Assembly (NCBI RefSeq): GCF_008831285.2
Contig: NC_045138.2
Coordinates: 33,294,001 to 33,358,000 of the forward strand
Direction: 5' to 3'
Origin: Nymphaea colorata
Lineage: Eukaryota
DNA length: 64,000 nt
The notes beneath the pieces were generated by a model. It was given only the letters and a program-made list of their open reading frames with translations. It ran no database searches and was not told where the DNA came from. Each line of letters starts with the position of its first letter. Positions within the stretch are counted from its first letter, which is position 1. Below, one piece after another: positions 37,502 through 49,728 of the stretch. The translations under genes and the position numbers were made by a program.

Positions 37502-40500
37502 ATGCATACCCCGTCGGAAGCCGACCGATCGCCTCGCTCCCCAAGGGCGCCGTTTCCCGGAGGTCTCGCCGTCGTTGGGGCCACCGGACAGCGAAAGATC
37601 GCGATCGCCGTCGATCTGAGCGACGAGAGCGCGTACGCCGTGAAATGGGCGGTCCAAAACTATCTGCGACGGGGGGACACCGTGATCCTGCTGCACGTGC
37701 GGCCGACGAGCGTCCTGTATGGCGCCGATTGGGGCTCGATCGACCTTACCGTCGACACAGATGAGGAGTCGCAGCAGAAACTAGAGGACGACTTCGACGC
37801 CTTCACGACGACGAAGGCGTCGGACCTCTCGCAGCCGCTCGTTGAGGCGCAGATCCCGTTCAAAATCCACATCGTCAAGGACCACGACATGAAAGAGCGG
37901 CTCTGCCTCGAGGTCGAAAGGCTGGGCCTCAGCGCGGTGATCATGGGCAGCCGGGGGTTCGGAGCCTCGAAGCGGACCAGCAAGGGCCGTCTCGGCAGCG
38001 TCAGCGACTACTGCGTCCACCACTGCGTCTGCCCGGTCGTGGTCGTCCGCTACCCGGACGATAAGGAGTGCGGAGGGGCAGGCGCTGCCGGGGAGAAAGC
38101 GACGGCGAAGAAGGAGCCAGAGTTGCACCCTGTCCCGGAGGAAGAGCCGGTGTGCCTTCCTGCTTCCGACGTTCACAAAGGTTAGGGCTGTCTTATTCTT
38201 TGAATCGAGTCTGCCGTTTCCGGCTGCTTTTGTTTTTTCGTTAGGGTTTTTTGTGTTCTAGTTTGTTCAATTCATGTATATGACGAATTGCAACGCCACA
38301 GAAATCTAGGTCTAATACCGCATTGCGATTCTTCTGCTTCTTTTCTTCCTTTTCGTTTTGGTGCTCGTCTTTTTTGGTGTCATTCTTCATTATTGGTAAC
38401 GTGCAAGTGTGCAACGCCATTTGTGGGAATGACTTGAATTGTACAATTTGCATGTGTTCTATATTTTGGATTTTTAGTGTTATCTCAGTTGTTATTTTGG
38501 TTCTTTGGATGTAGAAATGCAGTAGAATTTGCTATGTCTTTGTGAAATTCATGCTCGATTTGGTGTTTTATTAAGGATTGGTCGATTGAAGGTACCTGCT
38601 AGTTCCAGAAGATTGAGATGAACCACGGTTTGTGATTGTTTTGCCAAATTGGACGTTCCAACTTCCCATTTATATGAATGAAATGGCCTCTTCTGGAGGC
38701 GCCCTAGAGTATCCTCTTTCTTGGACTCTGACAGATATTTGATAGGCCAGAAAGATCGGTTCACTTAATAAAGTTTTCTGCATTAAACATTTTGTCATAA
38801 AGATGAATGAGATGAATTCAGGGGCAGTTTTGTAATTGATGTTCTTGTGGAGATTAATCCAGAAAATGATACACTATTCGAGTTCTTCTGTATCTTTCTA
38901 ACCGTCAATTTCAGCTTTCTTTCGGGCTTTTCACAAAGTAGTCATTCATTCATTCGCCATAACCTATGATGAATATGTTGAATCAGCGACTGTTTTTATC
39001 ATTAACTGTTCATTTTTCTACGCCAATGTAGTTCTTAACCTTTTGTGGCATGGATGGCAATGTCATTATGTTGACATTTCTTTCAACTGTGGTTTCTTTC
39101 ACCCACTCTTTTCTATCTCTCTCTTGATTACTTGTTAGTTGCCTTCTTTTCATGTAGGTGGTTCACTTTAAGGTGATGTTTGATTGAATACTTTTTCTTT
39201 GTGTTGGTGCAGCACTAGCAGAGGTTTGTTCAGTCTTCATATTGTAAATACTATAAAATATTGCCTATTGGCCTGAGTGTCATGATTTTCTGGGGAAATT
39301 AAGAAAGACGGTGGCATGCTTCCTGGAAAATGAAAAGTCGATCCAGTATTCTTCTCCATTTGGGAAGATTCTTTGCTCATTCATTTTGGTTATCCATTTT
39401 ATTTTCCCAGCAACTGCTTAAAGCAATCTTCTCCTTTTGCACTCAATGTCACCGTTATGCTTTCCCTTTCCAATACGTTCTTCAAAACATCCAAGATATA
39501 GAACTCAGTTGTTTGTGACAAAATTCCTGATTCAGTGAGAAAATATATGTTATAGTATCATTATTATTTATTATTTAATCATTTTAGACCAATTGAAGGG
39601 AGTATTATGTGATGGATGATGAATTTATTCTTTTCATGGGGGAAGACCCTGTAGGGACTGTTTAGCAACAAGAACACATTGTTACTATCCTAAGCAATGT
39701 TGTAAAAAGTGTATCGTAAGTCGTATCGGTCTGGCTTTAAGATACGCTGTATCGTAAAATATCGTGACTGTATCGTTTTTTTTTTTAATAAATCAGAAAA
39801 AATAGGAAAAAATTCATAAAAAATCAGTAAAAAAACAAGAATAATATGTTCTTCATAAAAAACACATAGATTTATAAGTCATAAGGTCCATAAGTCTATG
39901 AGATACCACATCAAAAAACAAGTTTTAGATGTTATGTATTACATCACAAGATGCTAATGAAATTGTGAAAATGTTCAATGTCAATACATATAAAATGAAA
40001 GCACTCTCAACTTTCATTCATAATATTCATCATATTCATTCTCATCCTCATCTCCATCTTCTTCTTCATTTTTATCTTCACGATTTAAAAAAACCTCTTT
40101 CCTCTTAACGAGAATCAGCCACCCACGCACAAATCCATGGTTTAATTGATGATTTCATTTTGAAAATCGATGATTTAACGATGGAAATCGATAATTTCCC
40201 TCCACGGCAGCACAATTTCTAGGTTAAAAATGAAGAAGGGCCGGGTTTTTATAAAAAAAAAAACTCGAAAAGGGGGCTTCCAGCTCCCATTTTTTGAAAT
40301 CAGCCCGTATCATACGATACGGGGCGTGTATCGTATCGTATTTTATAAAATATACGTATTATATCATACGTATCGGCCCCGTATCGTACAACACTGATCC
40401 TAAGAATCTGCCCCAAAAAATGGGGCAGCTTTATGCCACCCTACAACACACTTTTCCATGAATCTATCCCATTTCTTACAGCAGATTCATTGGACAATAA

Positions 40501-43500
40501 CAATGTTTTACTATTGCCAAACAGCCCCTTAGAGTAACATGATTTTGGTTATGGCATCTACTTTTTGGCATCTATGTCTTCGCATGTTAGAGAAGCCCAC
40601 TTATATAAGGAATATGCCAAACAAGTTCGGATGCATGATTACTTAATGTTGCTTGGAGGGAAGAGTATGTGGTTCCAGCTTAGTTTGAAAGTCTAACATT
40701 TTGTTATATCATCTGCTATTCTCGAGCTAGTTTTGTTACTGAAGTGAATTCTGATTATACAATCTTTGTGGTGGGAATAGCTGTTTTCTCAAGCTTTCTG
40801 TTGAAGTGTTCTTGAACTGCCCTTGAATGCCTTGCATTTTCAATGAGATCATGCTTTGCTTTTTTCCTGATATGCCTTGAGATCATGGATTATAGCAACG
40901 CAAATTTTTTCTGGAATATAACTAGGCAAGCTACTAATAGTATGCCCTGATATTACCGCATGGGAAGTTTGATTCATGAGTTAAATCCGTGTTTCCAAGG
41001 TATTTTGTTAAGGATTTCTGTGCAAATTTTGATTTTAAAATTGATTTTTGTTTCTTTTTAAAATCTATCCATTTAGTGAGATTATTTAGCTATGTAACAA
41101 GCCTAAATAGTTGTTGTTCAAAAAGTGGGACAGGGGTAGTTGTTGTGTGAGGTGTATTTTGAACTTTTGATTTTAAGAAATTTGATTTTCTTTAGCGATC
41201 TTAGAGGCATGGGCTGAATTTATCATTTCCCCTTTTAGGCATGGAATAAAGTAAAATTATGTACAAGTTGAAACTTTGTTACAAAATCGACCTAAAGCTC
41301 AACATGTTGATTGATGAGGTCAGTCTTGGGGATGAGTTCAGCTCCTCGATCAAGTTTAGTTTATGTGGAGGAATGTGAGTTGTGGGACTTGAAGAGCTAC
41401 TGAAGGATGGCTGAAGGAAATACATTTTGCTAGATTTGGTCATATTTTTGTAAATAATCCAGTAACTATCTTGTCTGTTGGGTGTGCAATTCACATCCAA
41501 AAGTCTGAGAGTAGGTTGCCTAGTAGCAAATATATTAGTTACTTGGAATAATAGCATCTCTGGGATGAAAGTTGTTTAGTTACAAAGGTTGGCTATGTTA
41601 TGAACATATTGTCAGTTAAGAGCAGTCCTCAGCACGGCTTTCATTAGCTTGCAGAATTGTTTATCCATGTGTTGTAGTACAGCATTCTTGTTTTCAAGAA
41701 GATATGTAAGGGAAAAGAAGGAATCATGTAGGATAATGGATCCTTAACTAATGCCACCAAGTCAGAGATTTATAATTATGTAGATCATGGTTTTGAAGAC
41801 TGACAACAAGATCAGGTCATCTTCTGGAGAATCATAAAATGCTTTCACTAATAGATGTCATACTAACAAGATTTCAAGTTATTGCTAAATGAAATTTTTT
41901 CATTTTTTTTTTCAAAATTTTTCATATTTTTGTCACTATTTTGAAATATGAAAGAACAACTAAGTCACACGGGTATGGGTTTGAGTACATGTACAGAGAC
42001 ATGGGCACAGGCACGGCAACTTTAGGAAACGCGGGTATGGGAGTATGGCTGGGTATACATATGTTTATATGAAAGGTACCACAAAAGGTTCAAAATGAAA
42101 ATAACATTTAAGTAAACAAGTAATATAAATAAAAATAATACATGCTAATTACCGATAACTTGTAAAAACAGAATGAAAACTAAGTTAGAAACAAGCTAAA
42201 TCAGGTAAAACAAGCAGTTTGGATCAATTTCGATCCAAAAAGTACTCAGTTGTGTCTGGGGCCCTTTTTGCCATGTCGGTACGACAACACGGGTATGGGG
42301 ACCTTATTAAGGTACCTGTATGACATAGAAGAACAAACACTACTATCAAAAGCAATGATGCCATGCTCTCACATGTGATCACCTTATCTGTGGGAAACTA
42401 CAAAGTTGACGGCATGACTCTTGACTTAATTAAATCTATTGTATCCATCTCCTTATACCTGCAGAAACCATGTATCCTCTACACAATGTTTAGTATTGGT
42501 GAAAACAAGATCAGCAGATACCTTTGTAATTAAAAGTGCTAGGCTGTGTTACTCCAAAAAGGCCTATGCAGCACCTAGGCAGAAAAACATTATGTGGAAG
42601 GACAATGACATGGAAGAATGGGAAGAAGGAGAAGAAAAAGGAAAAGAAGCAAGCTTTGTGAGTTCAAAAAAAGTAAAAGTAAAAGAAAAAAATAGGAGTT
42701 TTTTTATTTTTTATTTTACATTAGTGCTCAGGTGGCCCAGCTTAGTTGAATAGATGGGCGCCTAGACGTGCTTTGGCTGCTAACGGCAGATACGTGAAGT
42801 GGGAGGCCTTTCAGTAAGCAGCAAATTAGTCTTCCTTCTTGATCTGCAATAGACTCCAAACTCAGAAAATATGATTTTGTGTTTTGGACTAAGTTAAAAG
42901 TTCTTTTGGACTAGATTAAAGGGAAAATAGGATTTACATGCTTATTTTTTCTGGACTAAATTAACAACTTGCTTTTAAGCTGGCTGTCGTGACTGGCTTC
43001 CTTAGTAGCCACCAGCCATCTCTTGTATATTGAACTAGTGTTGCATGTATTAGTGTTTAATTGCAAGTATTAGTGTTTAGCTATTATGTCTGACAGTACA
43101 TTATGCTTGTATTGTCCTTCATCGAAGAAAATGTACTTCAATCTGGCCGATTTTTACCACATTTTACCACACTACAAATCAAATATCATTACTAATTATT
43201 GGATTAATATGCAGTTCATAATAGACCACGAGTACATTTTTGTTTATGTGGTTTGACAGTATCATTTGCCCTCTTAGTTCTTGTTTGGGTCACATTGCAG
43301 GAATGTTTGGTCAAAATCCTATTGGATTTGATAATTAAAGTAGTCATGCTTCTTAGTTTTCTGGTTGTTATTTTCAGTGAAGAGGGGTTCTGGTATATCT
43401 GGTTTTTCATTTCTGTAGTTCTGTTGAACTTCCAGTGCATTGCGTGTCTCAGAAGATTTGTGGGTGTCCTGCAAATAAATCCTTTAAGGAAATAAGTCAT

Positions 43501-44598
43501 ACTTTCCATTTTGTCTGGTAGGCACTGTTGACGAAAATGTTGGCTGGTGCATAATTTGATGCTTCATTGAGTTTATGTCTTAATATGAATGTCAGATTGA
43601 CCATATGTGACCACAGTTTGTGGATCAAAATGTGGAAACTGGAAACTTACATAGAGATTGGCTTTAAACATCGCTTTGCAGCATGCATATTGGTTATTTT
43701 CTTGGATGGCTTGTTGCATAACCCTTAGTTATTTGTCAATGCATAATTGCATATGTTAATGGATATGGCAGCAGGCTCAAGGATGCAGCAATTTTTATGG
43801 AGCTTTACAACATGACTGGTGTATAACAAGGGTGGCAAAGGGGAGTCAAAATGAAGAATCCATAATGATATGAATCCATATTGATATTTCTAAGTACTTG
43901 ATTATGTCCTAAGAAACGTTTGGAATGACTCATAAAAGACCTATTTAAGATAGAAGTTAGTAGGGAACTGCAACACCGTCGAGTGGTCATTCGGTCTTTA
44001 ATCAGATTTAGGGTTTGAGGTTTCTTGCTAATGTATGTTCTTCAGTTGCTCTCTTTCTGCATGCATAGAAAGTAAGATACAGATTTCTGCAATGTTGAGA
44101 TGCTAAGATATGTATTTGTTCTTAAGAATTTGGGATCCTTATTGCTTTCTATGCTTGTTGGTATAAAAGGGGTAGCCAGGTAGCTAATGTTGCTTTCTAA
44201 TTCTTCTATCTAGTTTATGACCGGCATTGTGTCAATTCCTAACACCAGCTCATTCCCCTCTCCCCTGTGTCTGTGTGTATATGTTTGTTATGTTTGTGGA
44301 ACAAAATGCATGTTTTAGTTTAGTTGGCTAGTAGAATCTTGTTTTCCTTGGTGCTAAACTTTTTTCATATTTCACCTGGTTAAATTTCCGCTTCAGTTTG
44401 GTCTTTTTAGGCCATTTCCATTTGAAATGTGTCTGTTGTGCTGTTCTACCGATAATGGAGTGAGCTGCGACTGTCATTTTCCCTTTTTTTATTCTTAGCT
44501 CTTGATTATTGCGAAGCCATGATGAATAGTATGAACTTCTGATGATGATGGTGGGCTCTTCTTTTTTTTTTTTTCCTTTTACAGAAAAAGGGAATTGA
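37502..44598 (+). CDS. Universal stress protein (UspA domain, PHOS32/PHOS34-like), ~230 aa
   Basis: Exon 1 is 37502-38180 (RKIAIAVDLSDESAYAVKWAV, VIMGSRGFG, LGSVSDYCVHHCVCPVVVVR) with a GT donor at 38181. A probable tiny last exon 44585-44598 (EKGN*) follows a strong poly-T/CAG acceptor. The last exon is less certain than exon 1. Confidence 0.85.
39654..40528. mobile_element. Tourist/PIF-Harbinger-like MITE (~165 bp of its own sequence) interrupted by a hAT element
   Basis: Imperfect TIRs: GGGACTGTTTAGCAACAAGAACACATTGTTACTATCC versus the reverse complement of the right end GGGGCTGTTTGGCAATAGTAAAACATTGTTATTGTCC. Flanks are GTA and TTA. Confidence 0.7.
39695..40396. mobile_element. Non-autonomous hAT element, 702 bp
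   Basis: TIRs CAATGTTGTA / TACAACACTG; perfect 8-bp TSD ATCCTAAG at 39687-39694 and 40397-40404; subterminal GTATCG repeats at both ends. Confidence 0.9.
41960..42328. mobile_element. hAT-type MITE, 369 bp
   Basis: TIR CTAAGTCACACGGGT versus reverse complement of the right end CTATGTCATACAGGT; 8-bp TSD AAGAACAA at 41952-41959 and 42329-42336; subterminal CGGGTATGGG repeats. Confidence 0.85.
42522..42785. mobile_element. Probable degenerate hAT-type MITE
   Basis: Flanked by 8-bp direct repeat GCAGATAC (42514-42521, 42786-42793). Ends share only weak inverted similarity (AAAGTGCTAGGC / GCCTAGACGTGCTTT). Confidence 0.5.
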
Positions 44599-47046
44599 GC
44601 TCACATTAAGTGATGCTTAGCCTGATCTTCGTCGGTTAAATCACACGTGGAGTTATGAAAGCGTTGCATCTTGGTGCTGTTTGATGTCGATGCTGAACTT
44701 TGGATCAAGTCGTGGGTAGTTTTTGTAGTCTCAAGTTCTCAACTGCACATCAATTACTTGTGGTTATGAAACCGGAGGCAACGATGCTGTTGATGTATCT
44801 TGTTTGGATTAGGTTTTCCTTTGATTCTCAGTTCTAGACCTTTTACAGTTCCATACATGTGCCTGGTTGGTTTCCTGAGTTCGCATTCGTACTCTCTCTT
44901 TCTCTCTCTTTATATATATATATATATATATATATAAGCTGGTATTTCGGGCTCATTTTTTCTACACATTCAACACTAGATGTGGTGCGTTTTAGCATCA
45001 ATGGCTTTCTTCAAAAAGGAAAAAAAAATATGATGCTTATGTAAATAGCCGTTATCAGTTGCTTCACAGGCAACTTGTAGGCCTACAAGACTATAAGAGT
45101 GGTGAGGAGGGTTGGGCAGCCCAAGATAAGACGGACTATTGCCTTTTGATGGCAATAGTTAAATCCTGAGTCTTGATATCCTAACTGCTTCCACAAGTTT
45201 CCTCCCAGGGGCCTAATGTCTTGTTTGAAAAGGATTTTTTTCAATTCATTTCTTGTTTATTTGAGTTGATTTTAAAATTCTTCAAATGTGTGGTGGAATG
45301 AGTTAAACACTTTCCTTGTTCTGAAGGTATCATTTCAATGCAACGGACGAAGTTTTTCATGTCAAAGTGTCGGTAGTGGTTTGTCAAATCGGCGGCCCTG
45401 GACAGCCGATCCCGGTAAACGCCCTCCCATTGACATCATCGCGATGTGCTTGTCGAAAAGTTGAGGTAAACCGTAAGAACCACCTCACTTTCTGATCATG
45501 CTCAGGCCAAGCGTGCAACTTGGCTAGTCATTGATCAGCAAAAGTTTGACCCAACTAGGTCGAGGTTAGAAGTGGGAGGTTCCTGCCGTCAAGCCTGTTT
45601 GATCCATTTGCCCCCCTAGGTGCCCAAGTATGTGAACATGTAACGTATTTATAGGCTCATTCCATACTTGCAACTTTGCTAGTTTCTGATTCATATGACT
45701 CCGAAGCAAGCAGGTACGTTACAGAAGAACCGGACTCGTGCCTACCCAAGTGAGCCAGAAGCTTTTTGTGATCCTCTGTTGTCACCAGGTAGGAGTATGT
45801 GGAGAATCAAAAGATTGTCGTGTTGGTCCTCGTGCATATAACCATACCACTTCGTGAAGAGCAAAAAGGGGGATCGTCTGAAAAACGAAAAGCTGGGATA
45901 TCAAATGCTTTCGCAATAAAAACCTAAACAGGGGAACATGTGAAGTGCCGTCCTTACTCAATTTCACGAGTCACGAACTCGTCTCTGTTGACGTCTTCAC
46001 ATGCAGAAAACATCTTGCAAAAATACCTTCTTCATTTCATAAATCCTGTAAATATGTGAGACGAAAAGAGTGACATGTATAACTTGGCATCATATATGCA
46101 TCTTTAAAAGCCAATTGGTTTGAAACCATATAGAACACTTTCGCGAATTTGAATGACTATAAATTGTGAAGAAAAAATTATACAAAAAGGCATGCAACTA
46201 AACAGATCATGCAAAATTGTAAGCGAATTATTAAATGCTACTATTGCTTGCGAAGGCCCCTCGTACCCACTGATTAACACCCAGTTGATGTAGCCGTTTG
46301 ATCTAGGAATTGATTAATTCGAATTAACAAAAGAATAAGAATGGTCAAGCATTTCAACGGCGGATTTCTTTCAACTCGCATTCCTGAAAGGAGTCCGGCT
46401 TCTGATTCCAAACCTTCAGGCTTCAGCCCTCCGTACCAGTTCGTTACCTTGGCAAACTAAGATGCAAGCATATTTTTGAGCGGATTTGGGCTTGGATCCT
46501 CGAATTATAACTCTTTGAACTGCACTTCACGTCTAAACGAAGTCATACGGCGCAAACCTCACCCCTTTATTTGTTTCTTGCCTGAAGACCGGAAACTGAG
46601 GATCGGAACGAGTAATATAAAGTGCAAGTTTCCAGAAACCAAACAAAAAGGTATGAGACCAAGGCGTGCTTGGGAAGACGCCCAAAACTAAATTTAGGAG
46701 CCTATGGAAAGATCAGCAAGAGACACGAACCAACGTTAGACAGACAATGTAAGCTGATTCAAAACCTAGCTAGACTATTTCATGAACATATTAACTCCTA
46801 TAGCAAAACCATATTAAAAGTAAATAGCTCAACAGCCCACAGGAGCAAACTCAATGCCACTCTCAAGTCCCTCGACAACTTATTTTAAATCGACCACAAG
46901 AACACACAACGGACTATCTAAATCTGTATCCGTCCATACGCTCATAAATGAAATACTTTGGAGGCTACTAGATGAAAATCAATGAAACTGAATGAACATG
47001 TTCCGAAGCTGCTTCGCATGACACGACAGCCACTTTGTAACTGCGA

Positions 47047-49728
47047 CTACAGAATGTTCATGGTTCCTTCACTTCTGCTGCGACGCATAGAGCTCGTCAG
47101 TTGTAAACCAATGAGCCTGCTGTCCGGGTTCACCTGATGATGGGTTACCTTGGATCGGCTCGGAGGAAGACGCCCATGAAGATGGCCTTTGGACTGCTTG
47201 GATGAAGTCACCGCCTGAATCAGAGCACCATTTCCAGAAGCCTTGATGAGAGAACTATGGCTTGCTTTCCGGGCAATCTTATGATCAGACCTTGCCCCTC
47301 TTTCAAACTGATGCATAGATACAGATCTAGAAGCACGGTCACTAGCTTCCTTTGAAGAGCTCGCCTTTACTGGCTGGCGATTGAGGTAGACCAGCTGCGG
47401 AAGGAGGCTCATGAGAGACTTCTTTAGCTGCTCGTCTCCTACATTTTTTTGGGCAGGGTTACCCTCCATGTTAAGCACTTGTAATGAGCTATAATTAGCT
47501 GCGAGTTGGCCTAGACATTTTGCTGTTGAAATCTTATTGTAACTGAGATCAAGAATGTTCAGTTTGAGAAGACGGTGAAGGCCTTCCACTTCACTTATCT
47601 TGTTCCCAGCTAGATACAGCTCCTTCAAAGATGCACATGAAGCCAAACCTATGCAATAGCAGAGAAATATTAGAAAAAACCAACTTTACCTTAAATAAGA
47701 GAAATTTAATGCTTCCATGGATCAGGACTGAGATCACGAAATAAAAGGAAAAATTCCTCTTTCTTATCAAGATATGACAGTCAAAGAAGTAATGCTACAA
47801 TTCATTATCTAATTTTTAAAGATCATTACTGTAGAATGTAGATAAAATTAGTTATGACATACCACGTCCAATTCGAAATATTCGGTTGTAGCTAAGGTCC
47901 AAGACACGCAGGCGTGTCAGCTCACGAAGACCTTCAATCGTGGAGATATAGTTCTTTGATAAGTTCAAAACATGAAGGCCTTTTGGAAGAGCTCCTGCAG
48001 CTATGCGCACTAAAACACAAACAAAACCAACAGTCATTACATATAACAAATTGTTGTTCTTTAGATCTAAAGAATACATATCAGTTACTTAAAATACATA
48101 CCTATTGCATTCCCAGAGAGATTGACGACACGAAGACTATGGAAAATGCTAAGTTGGGGGATCACAGGCAAACCAAAATTTGCCATCTGTGCTGAAGCAG
48201 ATGAGGTGCCCAATGTGGAGATATAACGATTTGCCACTTGCACCACATGCTGAATTCTACTGTCCAACTTGCCAGAAGATCCACCAGTTTCAGTGGAATC
48301 CTCTTTGGCCTCAGGAGAGGCAGTCGAGCATTCCCCAACCTCATCTGAAGAGTTGCAGTTTTCAATATCTATAGTGTTAACCCAGTGTTCAATGCGCTTA
48401 AGGTTGAACTCTTCAGAAGACAGTCCATCCCACCAATTTCGTGGATACCTCTTACAATCGTGAGTTTGTGTGTCTTCATTCTCAAGTTTTTCCATATTCT
48501 CTGTGCTGATTTCCTGAATGATCATGTCATCCTTGAGAGATGAAGCTGAGCGTCCATCATGCAACTGATTTTGAGCATCAAAGTTCCCGCCATCAGTATG
48601 ACCTTCAATATGACCAATTACTATGCCAGAATTATCACTTTGAACAGAGTTTGCACAATCTTCAGCTTTTTCTTCAAACATATGCTGGTGTCTTGTCAAT
48701 GACACTGCATCTGATACATTAGGTAGAGACACATTTCCTGATTTAAGAGAAGCAGGCTGAGAACAATACCCACTATTATCATCAACAAATGCCTGTTCAC
48801 TTAACTCTAGAGCAAGCAAATCACCATAAGATCTAGAGCGGCTCCCAGCTGGTCTTTGACCTAAAGTAGTTTTTGCTCTTCGTCTATTATCTTCTATATC
48901 AGTTGAGTAAGAGGGTCGCATGATAACATTTTTCTCAGATGTGTTGCTTTCATCTACATACACACAACGGTCATCTTGATTTGAGCCCATGTGCATTTTA
49001 CAGGGTTCAACATTTTGGGCATCCTCATCATGTTGACTGAAGCCAGATAAATCATCCAACACATTCTCACGTTCTTTGTTTTCTGATGATTCTGCAGAGT
49101 CATTGTGGTCAATAGTTGAAAAAGTCCTAGGAGGGTTAACCTCATGAATGTTTTCACATGACAGACCTTGATCAATTTCATCTTCTGTATCGCAAACGTC
49201 AACAAACCTCCCCTTCCTATCTAGTGCACTGCCCAAAGACTTACTTTTCTTAAGACAAGAAGTATGCAGACGTTTCTTGAGACACAATGCATGCGAACTG
49301 TCAACCTTACTAGAATGAATATGTACCGACTCTTCAAAACTACTTCCACTCACAAGCTTTGGATCAGGCGACATAACAGCTGATGCAGTGACAGGCATAT
49401 GAAAAGAAGATGAGCGAGTAAGCTTTTCTGCATGGCTGCTGGCACATGGATTTTTTGATAACCTTGCATGTGTAGCATCTGAAGTAGGAGAGTGGCTGGA
49501 ACCCCCTGATACCAATTCTTGAGAATGGTCCTGAGCCTTTTTATGCATGCATTCAGCAGAGTATTGAAATACTTTCTGCAAGATGGGCATGGGATATCCT
49601 ATTCAGCAAACCATTGTGAAAGACAGTTATAGAGAAAGAAGAAAGACGCAGTTCAGAAGAATCCTTTGTGGCTGTACCTTTGGCTTATGGCAAGGGATGT
49701 GAGCCGGAAAGCAAGAAAACAAAACCAT
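47047..49728 (-). CDS. Leucine-rich-repeat protein (SDS22/outer-arm-dynein-LC1-like LRRs, MASP1-like), 4 coding exons, ~757 aa
   Basis: Exons 49728-49678 (MVLFSCFPAHIPCHKPK), 49575-48102, 48009-47863 and 47648-47047 join in frame. LRRs LNLSGNAI, LNLSKNYISTIEGL, LDLSYNRI, LYLAGNKISEVEGL; C-terminus MRRSRSEG. Probable 5'-UTR exons extend to ~51970. Confidence 0.88.

Noticed and set aside
37214..38176. Several overlapping ORFs around the USP exon
   Set aside because: Expected in GC-rich coding DNA; only the 37502 frame has a known domain.
45135..45159. 9-bp perfect hairpin ACTATTGCC/GGCAATAGT
   Set aside because: Too short for a miRNA precursor and plausible by chance or as TE debris.
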